A DNA stretch of 64,000 nt from Bdellovibrionales bacterium. Its GTDB lineage: Bacteria; Bdellovibrionota; Bdellovibrionia; Bdellovibrionales; UBA1609. The stretch is taken from positions 31,931 to 95,930 of the forward strand of contig JAWLHR010000012.1 in the NCBI GenBank assembly GCA_041690295.1, in the 5' to 3' direction. Made by a program: the position numbers and the translations under genes. Below the pieces are notes generated by a model. The model ran no database searches and was not told where the DNA came from. It worked only from the letters and a program-made list of their open reading frames with translations. This document shows, in pieces, positions 9,397 to 17,687 of this stretch (within the stretch, counting starts at the first letter, position 1; every line of letters begins with the position of its first letter).

Positions 9397-10815
9397 GTGG
9401 GCTTAAATCGTATTTTAACCGTTTGTCTTTTCCTTGCCGGATTTTCTCTGACCATCTTCGCCATTCAATCCGGTGACGTCTTCATGTATTTGTCGCTGGC
9501 CCGCGATTTCATTCTGCGAGGATCCTGGACGACCCAACAGGATCCGTACTTATATTCGCTGCCTGAAGCCCGCTTGGATTATCTGCATGAATATCTGAGT
9601 TATTTGATTTTCGCTCTGGCCCACAAGATTTTCGGATTTGCCGGGCTAATTGGACTTAAAGCTCTCGTTTGGTCCGCCGTTTTTTTACTCACCCTACTCG
9701 CCTTCCCGCGGGCGAAAAACAGCGATTACCTTTGGGTTGGAATATTCCTACTGGCGATATTGGCCGCTTCATTCCGATTCATTGAACGATCGAGCATGTT
9801 CTCGGATCTTTTTTGCGTCGGCCTCGTGGCTCTTTTGCTGAACAGCGACCGCGTGACCAAAGGGTTGATCGCGGCACTTACGGTCTTGTTCCTGATCTGG
9901 ATTCAACTTCATCCCGGGTTTCCACTTGGACTGGGCCTGCTCGGGCTTTGGGCCCTTTATCATCTCTTCATTGATAAAACGATAAAGCCACGGGAGGCGA
10001 TTTGGCTGGCTTTGCCCGTCGTGGCTCTTTGTTTAAATCCACTGTGGCTCGAGGGAGTTCTTTACCCCTTCGCCTTTGGAACCAATGAGACGGCCATTCT
10101 AAAAAAATACAATTTCGAGTGGATGCCGTCCTATCATCCGGCTTTTCGAACCACGCCCGAAGTCATGGCCTTTTGGCTGCTCCTGCTTGTCACCTTCTAT
10201 CTGATTTGGCGTGAAAAGGCTTGGACCAGCTTGCGCGCGATCTTTATTTATTTTTCTATCGCCATCGCACTCCACGCCGTTCGTTTTGTGCCGTGGGCGT
10301 CCTTTGCCATTCTGATCGCCGCGAAACCCTGGGTGGGACTTAAACATTTATCCCAGGCGGGAAAAATCGGTGCGAGCGTTGTTGCCGCTATTCTTCTTCT
10401 TTTCGCCGCCAAAAATCTGGTCTATGGCTACAATTCCTCTTCAGGGGAGCGCCTTGCCGGCCAACTCTTGGATCCCAAGTTTTTTCCCCTAAAAACCATT
10501 GAGTTTTTACGTGAAAAGCGAATTCCCGGCCGGCTTTATAACACCCATGATTTTGGATCCTATCTCATTTGGCGGCGGGAACTGCCGATTTTTCACCATG
10601 GCTTCGTGACCGATATGAAGTTTTACGAAGCCGAAGTGATCGGCGCGCTACGCTCCCGTGAAACCTTTTTGTATTTGGCGGCCAAGTACAATTGGACGAT
10701 GTTACTCGTGGAGAAGACCTCGTATAAATACTTTTATCACCATTTGAAATCACTCCCCGACTGGAAAATCGTGACCGAGGATGAGGCTTCTTATTTAATT
10801 TACCGGCTGCCTTGA
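9397..10815 (+). CDS. Polytopic membrane protein, possibly GT-C-fold glycosyltransferase-like
   Basis: Many TM helices; acidic loop GDVFMY..DPY..HEYL after TM1; QLHPGF and EWMP motifs; soluble C-terminal domain. Confidence 0.6.
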   Translation: MGLNRILTVCLFLAGFSLTIFAIQSGDVFMYLSLARDFILRGSWTTQQDPYLYSLPEARLDYLHEYLSYLIFALAHKIFGFAGLIGLKALVWSAVFLLTLLAFPRAKNSDYLWVGIFLLAILAASFRFIERSSMFSDLFCVGLVALLLNSDRVTKGLIAALTVLFLIWIQLHPGFPLGLGLLGLWALYHLFIDKTIKPREAIWLALPVVALCLNPLWLEGVLYPFAFGTNETAILKKYNFEWMPSYHPAFRTTPEVMAFWLLLLVTFYLIWREKAWTSLRAIFIYFSIAIALHAVRFVPWASFAILIAAKPWVGLKHLSQAGKIGASVVAAILLLFAAKNLVYGYNSSSGERLAGQLLDPKFFPLKTIEFLREKRIPGRLYNTHDFGSYLIWRRELPIFHHGFVTDMKFYEAEVIGALRSRETFLYLAAKYNWTMLLVEKTSYKYFYHHLKSLPDWKIVTEDEASYLIYRLP

Positions 10816-10864
10816 AAATCCTGGCCATTGCCAAAACGGACCTTCGCGATTAGGAATATTCCTT

Positions 10865-11368
10865 ATGAAAACAGAAACGATTGTCTTGGCCGGCGGCTGT
10901 TTTTGGGGGGTTGAGGAATTACTGCGTAAAGTTCCCGGCGTTGTGAATACCGAAGTCGGATACACCGGCGGGCACACATTGGATCCGATTTATGAGGACG
11001 TAAAGACCGGCGAAACCGGACACGCTGAGTCCGTCAAAATCGAATTTGATTCGGAAAAACTTCCGCTACCGGAACTCTTGCGTCTGTTTTTTGAAATGCA
11101 CGATCCGACCACATTAAACCGGCAAGGCAATGACGTGGGAACCCAGTACCGCTCGGCCATTTTCTACAATAGTCCCGAACAGAAAAAGGCCGCCGAAGAA
11201 GCCATTGCCCGCGCCGCTCAAAGCGGATTGTGGTCGCGGCCCATCACCACCACCGTCGAACCGCTCAGACGGTTTTACTCCGCGGAGGAGTATCATCAGG
11301 ATTACCTGCAAAAGAATCCCGGTGGTTATAATTGCCATTACTGGCGGCGGGAGCCTCCTCAGCCGTAA
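10865..11368 (+). CDS. msrA: Peptide-methionine (S)-S-oxide reductase
   Basis: GGCFWG active site; TGHAE, HDPT, GTQYRSAI, AEEYHQDY. Confidence 0.97.
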   Translation: MKTETIVLAGGCFWGVEELLRKVPGVVNTEVGYTGGHTLDPIYEDVKTGETGHAESVKIEFDSEKLPLPELLRLFFEMHDPTTLNRQGNDVGTQYRSAIFYNSPEQKKAAEEAIARAAQSGLWSRPITTTVEPLRRFYSAEEYHQDYLQKNPGGYNCHYWRREPPQP

Positions 11369-14300
11369 CCAACTTGGTTCCAAACCGCAGCAAAAATCCC
11401 CGGATATTTTCCATGTAGCTAAACACAGCGGGAATCACGATCAGCGTGAGCAATGTGGAGCTGACCACGCCCCCGATCACCGACATCCCCAGCGACCGGC
11501 GCTGATTGGATACTTCGTTCAATCCGATCGCCACCGGAACCATGCCCGCGATCAAACATAAGCTGGTCATGAGAATCGGCCGCAAACGTGTCCGGCCCGC
11601 CTCGATGATCGCCTCAGCCCGCGAATATCCTTTTTCGAGCAGCTGATTGATGTAATCGACCAAAATAATGGAGTTTTTCGTGGCGAGACCCATCAGCATG
11701 ATACACCCGATCATTGAATAAAGATCCAGCGACGCGCCCCCAATGTAGAGTCCAAAGAAGGCTCCACAGGTCGATAGCGGGATCACCAGCATGATGGTGA
11801 ACGGAGTGAAGAACGATTCGTAAAGTGAAGAGAGAATCAGATAAATGAAGATAAGCCCCAAGAGAGCCGCGACCATCATATTGAACATCAGTTCCTGGAA
11901 GTTTTCCGCCTGACCCACGTAGCGGTGGCTCATTCCCGGCGGAAGCTCCAGTTCACCGCCCGGTCCCAACCATTTATCGATATCGGAAATCGCGCCACCC
12001 ATACCGGGACCACCCGGGCGCAAATCAGCGGTCACGGAAACATAGCGGGCACGATTTTCACGATCGATACTCGCCGGGCCTGTCGTGGCGGTGGCTTTGG
12101 CCACACGATCCAATTCGACCAACCGGTCGTTCATATTCGGCACCAGAATTTGCGAATAGTTTTTTTCAAGGTCCCGCTGATCGGGTTTCAAACGCACTCG
12201 CACGTCATATTCAAGACCGTTTTCGCGATAAACCGCGGGGGTCAGCCCCTCAACCTGAGCGCGAAGCTCCTGTCCCACGGCACTACTGCTCACACCCAGC
12301 CGTTGAGCGGCGTTGAGATCCACCAGCACCTGGAATTCGGGCTTACCCGGGCGAAAACTCGTGTCCGGGTCGATGAGCGCCGGGTGATCCATCAGTTTCT
12401 CTTTCACCTTCAACGCAATATCCGAAACCTGATCCAGATTGTGCCCAATGATGTTCATGGTGAATGGGCGCATGCCGCCGCCCACGTAATCGATGTCCTT
12501 CACCATGGGGTTGGCGTCGGAGAATTTCTTCAGCATCTCGCGAAGCTCGCCCTTCACATCAGAGGTGCTTTTTGAGCGAGTGCCGAACGGACGAAGATAA
12601 ACATAAATCTCGGCCTTATTTTTTTCCTGCAGCCGGCTTCCGACCGTGACCACTCGATTCACCACCTCGGGGTGACTGGCGATGACCTCATCCACTTCCA
12701 AGGCGCGCTCGCGCATTTTTTCCAGACTGGTTCCCGGAGCCATGTCAAGACTGACGGAAAATTCACCGCTATCCTGAGGCGGAAAAAACGTTTTCGGCAC
12801 CTTCATCAACGGCACGCAGCTCGACAATACAATGACCCCCGTCGCGGCGAGAGCCATCCAAGGCCGCTTGAGAATCCGTCGCAACAAAGTTTCATACCGG
12901 ATGACCAGCCATTCCTGCACACGATTGAACCAACGAACCGGGGTTCTCATCAAATAGACGAAACGATTCTTGGACTCCACATTGTGGCCGCCACCAAAGT
13001 AAGCGCTCATCATCGGCGCGTTGGTGAGAGCGTCGAACAAGCTGATCATCATAATAAAGCAAACGGTTAAACCGAATTGCTTAAAGAACTGACCGACCAC
13101 TCCGGACAAGAATCCAATCGGCATGAACACCGCGATGATCGTCAACGTGACCGCGATCACCGCCATGGTCACTTCCAAAGTTCCTTCAAGCGCCGCCCGT
13201 CTGGAACCTTTACCCATCTCCATATGACGAAAGATGTTCTCGCGCACCACGATGGCGTCGTCGATCAAAAGTCCGACCGCCAGACTGAACGCCAAAAGGC
13301 TCATGATATTGATACTGAATCCCGCCGCATTCATCAGCGCGAAGGCACCGATCAGTGAAACCGGAATCGCCACACCGGTGATGATGGTCGAGCGAATGCT
13401 CCCCAAAAAGAAATAAACCACAAGTACGGTCAGGATGATCCCGATGATGATGGCCTCAGCCACATCCAGCACGTTCAGGTAGATGTAGCGGGCCGAGTTG
13501 CTCACCACTTTCAGTTCCGCCTCGGCGTCTTTGTATTGCTGGGAGAGTTCTTGATTGATTTTTTCCGCCCGCTCGATCACCGCGTTGGCCACGGCGATCG
13601 TATTCGATCCGCTTTGTTTAAAGACATAAAGCAAGAGAGTGGGTTCGGCATTGAAGTAGGTGTAGCTTAGCGGATCGGCCAAAGTGTCGTTCACTTTTCC
13701 CAGGTCCTTGAGTAAAATCGGACGGTCATTGCCAAAAAAGTTCACGGTGGCGTTTTCAATGGCACCCACACTTTCAAATTCACCGACCGTGCGGAAAATC
13801 ATGTCCTGGCCGGCCTCATCCCGGTTCACGGAACCGGCGGGAATATTTTGACCGGTCATGGACAACCGTCGGGCGATGGCGGTGATGGATAAATTCGCGG
13901 CGGCCAATTTATTACGGTCCAACTCGACATGGATTTCCCGCTTTCGTCCGCCGATGACTTCCACCAAGCCCACGCCATTGATGGTTTCCAATCGGGGTCT
14001 TACGACTTCGTTGGCCAAATCGTAATGTTGGCCCATCGGCATTTTAGCTTTCAAAGAAAGCATCATGATCGGCTGGTCGGCCGGGTCCACCCGGCGAATG
14101 GTGGGCTCCTCGACGTCGTCGGGAAGTTTACGGCGCGCGCTTCCGACTTTATCACGCACCTGTTGTTCAGCGTACTTGACGTCCGTTTCCAGCGTGAACT
14201 CCGCCACCACCAGCGACAAGCCTTCGCGGTTCACCGAGCGCACGGTTTTCACACCGGCGATGGTCCCTAACTCTTCTTCGAGAGGCTTTGAAACCAGGGT

Positions 14301-14480
14301 TTCGATTTCCCTGGGAGCGGCACCCGGATAAGGCGTATTGACCACCACCACCGGGAAGGTGACGTCGGGAAACAGATCCACCGGGATTTTCATGAACGAG
14401 AAAAATCCCAAAACCAGAATCAAGAGCAAAAGGCACGTGATGAAGATCGGCCGTTTGATTGAAAGTTCCGAGATACTCAT
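11265..14480 (-). CDS. RND efflux permease (AcrB/AcrD/AcrF family)
   Basis: 1071 aa; GLLIDDAIVVRENI, KNSIILVD, RLRPILMT. Confidence 0.95.
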   Translation of the reverse strand: MSISELSIKRPIFITCLLLLILVLGFFSFMKIPVDLFPDVTFPVVVVNTPYPGAAPREIETLVSKPLEEELGTIAGVKTVRSVNREGLSLVVAEFTLETDVKYAEQQVRDKVGSARRKLPDDVEEPTIRRVDPADQPIMMLSLKAKMPMGQHYDLANEVVRPRLETINGVGLVEVIGGRKREIHVELDRNKLAAANLSITAIARRLSMTGQNIPAGSVNRDEAGQDMIFRTVGEFESVGAIENATVNFFGNDRPILLKDLGKVNDTLADPLSYTYFNAEPTLLLYVFKQSGSNTIAVANAVIERAEKINQELSQQYKDAEAELKVVSNSARYIYLNVLDVAEAIIIGIILTVLVVYFFLGSIRSTIITGVAIPVSLIGAFALMNAAGFSINIMSLLAFSLAVGLLIDDAIVVRENIFRHMEMGKGSRRAALEGTLEVTMAVIAVTLTIIAVFMPIGFLSGVVGQFFKQFGLTVCFIMMISLFDALTNAPMMSAYFGGGHNVESKNRFVYLMRTPVRWFNRVQEWLVIRYETLLRRILKRPWMALAATGVIVLSSCVPLMKVPKTFFPPQDSGEFSVSLDMAPGTSLEKMRERALEVDEVIASHPEVVNRVVTVGSRLQEKNKAEIYVYLRPFGTRSKSTSDVKGELREMLKKFSDANPMVKDIDYVGGGMRPFTMNIIGHNLDQVSDIALKVKEKLMDHPALIDPDTSFRPGKPEFQVLVDLNAAQRLGVSSSAVGQELRAQVEGLTPAVYRENGLEYDVRVRLKPDQRDLEKNYSQILVPNMNDRLVELDRVAKATATTGPASIDRENRARYVSVTADLRPGGPGMGGAISDIDKWLGPGGELELPPGMSHRYVGQAENFQELMFNMMVAALLGLIFIYLILSSLYESFFTPFTIMLVIPLSTCGAFFGLYIGGASLDLYSMIGCIMLMGLATKNSIILVDYINQLLEKGYSRAEAIIEAGRTRLRPILMTSLCLIAGMVPVAIGLNEVSNQRRSLGMSVIGGVVSSTLLTLIVIPAVFSYMENIRGFLLRFGTKLVTAEEAPAASNGNYNHRDSFAGNPDDTPPRSKTV

Positions 14481-15871
14481 TGTTGCTCCTCAAATGACTT
14501 GAGTTGATTTCGCGCCTGAACCAGAGCTAACTGCGCCCTGACTCGCTGAATTTGAGCCGCCGCCAAATTCTGCTCCAATGTGAGAGCCTGAAAGGTCGTG
14601 GTTCGGCCGTTGATCAAACGCCGCCGCTCTTTTTGCACCAGCTCCGTTTGTAGACGTTCAAGTTTTCTGGCTCGTTCATACTGATCTTGGGCATCGTGAA
14701 GCTTGCGATGGAGATCGGCGTACACACGTTCCAAACTGAATTGGGCGTGGTGAGCCAATTCGCGAGCCGCCCGCCGATTCGCCGCATACCCGCGCCGGAT
14801 ATCGTTTATGGTGCCAATGTCGATGGAAACCGCGAATTGTAAACCGACGGTCCAATAGGGATGGCGGAACTCATGGGCCTCGGAATAAGAGTTGGCCGTC
14901 CGCCCATCCATTCCGTTGGATCCGTAAGTCGCCACCAAATCCAGTTTCGGTTGAATCGTCGAGCGGGCCGAACGTGATTTCATGTCCATCACCCGCGCCT
15001 GCTCCATGAGAATTTTAAAATCCTCACGGGTCATCCCCGGTTTACTGGCCACTTTCATCACCATTTCTTCCGCGGGAAACTCGTCGAGTTTTTCGATTTC
15101 ATCCGAGTCGCGCCCTCGCATCGTATTGAATTGGCGGATCAAGGCCGCCCGCTCGTCGCGCGAAGTTTTCAATTCCAGCTCACGGGATTCGAAGGCCGCT
15201 TGGGCTTGAAGCGCGTCCACATCGTCCACCAGCCGGAGCCCGGACTTTCTCCGCATCAAATCCCTAAGCTTCATCGCCCGCTCCACGTTTTCCTCCTGAA
15301 GCTTGACGATTTGATTGTAGGAGACGAGCGCCCAATAAAGATCTTCCGCATTGAGAAGGAGATTCTTAAGTTCGAAGCGCGCCCGCAATTCTTCGGCGCG
15401 AAGCTCGGAGCGCCGGGCTTCGATGTCCGCCCGCGTGGCATCGCCGAACCCGTTCCGCCAAAGGGATTGGCGAAGCTCAAAAACCGCCGTGGAATCCTGA
15501 TAGTCGGTTGAACTGAAGGCGAAGGCCGGCGCATTGGTCAGCGTATTTCTTTGGGTGAGAAAATAAACATTCCCCTGTAAGCCGAAGGATGTTTGTTTCC
15601 TCAAGCCGAGTTGCCAGCGATGGCCCTGGGCCCGGGATTGAGCGAAATTGCTGATCTGATCCCTTTTGTCGTCGAACTGTTCCACCAAACCATACAATTC
15701 GGGAATGAGAATCGAATCCGCCTCTTCCATCCTCAGTTTTATGGAATCAGCCTGCTGTGCCAGTGACTTGGCTTGGGGATTTTCATTGCGGACCTGGTTG
15801 AGATATTCAGCCAGTGTCAGCGCGTGTCCCGGAACTGATGTGAGCGCGATGATCATCAAGATGGTTTTCAT
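14477..15871 (-). CDS. TolC-family outer-membrane efflux protein
   Basis: Signal peptide, 'LTLAEYLNQVRNENP' start, two helical OEP-like repeats, adjacent to the RND gene. Confidence 0.88.
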   Translation of the reverse strand: MKTILMIIALTSVPGHALTLAEYLNQVRNENPQAKSLAQQADSIKLRMEEADSILIPELYGLVEQFDDKRDQISNFAQSRAQGHRWQLGLRKQTSFGLQGNVYFLTQRNTLTNAPAFAFSSTDYQDSTAVFELRQSLWRNGFGDATRADIEARRSELRAEELRARFELKNLLLNAEDLYWALVSYNQIVKLQEENVERAMKLRDLMRRKSGLRLVDDVDALQAQAAFESRELELKTSRDERAALIRQFNTMRGRDSDEIEKLDEFPAEEMVMKVASKPGMTREDFKILMEQARVMDMKSRSARSTIQPKLDLVATYGSNGMDGRTANSYSEAHEFRHPYWTVGLQFAVSIDIGTINDIRRGYAANRRAARELAHHAQFSLERVYADLHRKLHDAQDQYERARKLERLQTELVQKERRRLINGRTTTFQALTLEQNLAAAQIQRVRAQLALVQARNQLKSFEEQQ

Positions 15872-16497
15872 TTCAAGACTCCATCGGCGAAAAGTTGGAC
15901 GATATGGTCGGCGAATTTTTTGCGAAAGGCTTCATCTTTAAACGACAAGCCGTAATACTTTCGGGCCAGAACATCTTTTCTTGCGGCATCACAACAGGAC
16001 ACGAACATCAGCGAAGCCGCGATCATGGGATCGACTTCGTTTCGCAACAATCCGTTGTTCTTCGCTTCTTCGAAAAACGAAACCACGGCCGTAAACGCGC
16101 GCAGCATGGTGTTTTCGAAAATTTTTAAGATGATCGGATTGGCCGCGCGAATTTCACGCTCAATGATTTCAAAACCGTAGGGATCCTTACTGAAGCCGTC
16201 GAGCATTTCCTCGGCGAAAAGCTGAACACGCACTTTAATTTCATCACGGCTTCGCGGCTCACCTAAGATCCGCAACACGGCTTCCATGCGACCGCGGGCG
16301 AAGGGCTCCATGCACGCATGAAGCAAACCTTCCTTGTCCTTAAAGTGGTAGTTGATGAGGGAGTTGGCGACCTTGGCTTCAGCCGCGATGTCCTTAAGAT
16401 TCGCCCCTTGAAATCCATATGTGGCGAAATGCTTCTTCGCCACATTGATCAGGGTCGATTTGACGTCGTCCGCACTCATGAGAATCTCATCGGCCAT
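15868..16497 (-). CDS. TetR/AcrR-family transcriptional regulator
   Basis: FATYGFQGANLKDIAAEAKVANSLINYHFKDKEGL helix-turn-helix. Confidence 0.95.
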   Translation of the reverse strand: MADEILMSADDVKSTLINVAKKHFATYGFQGANLKDIAAEAKVANSLINYHFKDKEGLLHACMEPFARGRMEAVLRILGEPRSRDEIKVRVQLFAEEMLDGFSKDPYGFEIIEREIRAANPIILKIFENTMLRAFTAVVSFFEEAKNNGLLRNEVDPMIAASLMFVSCCDAARKDVLARKYYGLSFKDEAFRKKFADHIVQLFADGVLK

Positions 16498-16508
16498 ACT
16501 TTCAACTT

Positions 16509-16528
16509 ATTTGAAATTAATTTCAAAT
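16509..16528. promoter_or_regulatory. Perfect 20-bp palindrome, probable TetR operator
   Basis: ATTTGAAATT|AATTTCAAAT, 11 bp upstream of the tetR start. Confidence 0.65.
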
Positions 16529-16652
16529 TCATCGAAATAATTATTAAATTTCCTTTAGGACGGGTTTACTCAGTATTTTCAAGGGTTTATTCGCGCCCAA
16601 ATCGATACAATCGACTTGGAATTGCGGATCCGATCATTTAGATTGGGGCCCC

Positions 16653-17564
16653 ATGATGATTAAGATCTGTGCCTTTTATTATTTTAAACCCCTTTCCGCT
16701 GCCGATGTGGCCCAGCTGAAAGGGGAACTGGAACTGATGGCCGCCCACCAATCCTTACGGGGCCTGGTCCTGATCGGCCGCGAGGGGATCAATTACACCA
16801 TTTCGGGGCCTGATTCCGGAATTGACGCTTTTGAAGCCTGGCTGACCACTCGGCTTGAAATCGAAAATCCTCACTTCAAACACAGCTGGGCCATGAAACA
16901 CCCGTTCAATGAGTTCGTGGTTAAAATCAAAACCGAGATTGTCACGTTGGGAACACCGGAATTGGTTCCATCGGGAAAGCATGGACACATTTCGCCCAGA
17001 GAATGGCATGAAAAACTGCGAACGGGAAAGGCCATCGTCCTCGACACCCGTAATGATTATGAGGTGGAAATCGGCAAGTTCCGAAACGCGATTGATCTTG
17101 GGATCAAAGAGTTCCGGGAGTTCCCCGAAAAACTCGCCAAGTCCGGAATCTCAAAGGACCAAGAGGTATTGATTTATTGTACCGGTGGAATCCGCTGTGA
17201 AAAAGCCATCCTCGAAATGAAGCGCCAAGGTTATGAGCGCGTGAATCAATTGGATGGCGGAATTCTGGCTTATCTGGAACAATTTCCGAATTCCGAATTC
17301 GAAGGCGAATGCTTTGTCTTCGATTACCGGGTCGCGGTTGATCAAAATCTTCAACCCACCCGCCGCTATCGCTTCTGCACCCATTGCGGCCAACCGTCGG
17401 AAACCACGATCGATTGCGCGCTCTGCGGACAAAAAGGCATTGTTTGCCGTCACTGCATTGATGCGGGAATCAACACCTGCACCAAAAACTGCGCCAATCA
17501 CGCGCGCCTCGGCCACAAATCACGCCGCCCGCACTTCCAAGAACTCCGCCTCCGCCAAAGGTAA
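16653..17564 (+). CDS. trhO: Rhodanese-domain tRNA U34 hydroxylase (TrhO/YceA family)
   Basis: EGIN, DTRNDYE..IGKF, YCTGGIRCEK, GGILAY, CFVFDYR; Cys-rich tail. Confidence 0.9.
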   Translation: MMIKICAFYYFKPLSAADVAQLKGELELMAAHQSLRGLVLIGREGINYTISGPDSGIDAFEAWLTTRLEIENPHFKHSWAMKHPFNEFVVKIKTEIVTLGTPELVPSGKHGHISPREWHEKLRTGKAIVLDTRNDYEVEIGKFRNAIDLGIKEFREFPEKLAKSGISKDQEVLIYCTGGIRCEKAILEMKRQGYERVNQLDGGILAYLEQFPNSEFEGECFVFDYRVAVDQNLQPTRRYRFCTHCGQPSETTIDCALCGQKGIVCRHCIDAGINTCTKNCANHARLGHKSRRPHFQELRLRQR

Positions 17565-17585
17565 CCGGTCCATTTAGCCGTAGAT

Positions 17586-17618
17586 ATAAAAATGCCCGTC
17601 TGGGACGGGCATTTTTAT
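17586..17618. terminator. Bidirectional rho-independent terminator
   Basis: ATAAAAATGCCCGTC-TGG-GACGGGCATTTTTAT between convergent trhO and hppA. Confidence 0.85.
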
Positions 17619-17687
17619 TGAACCGTATGAAGTTACGGCCGCTCCGTCATCAGGTGCACTGCATCCTGAAAAGGAACGGCCTCTCTT

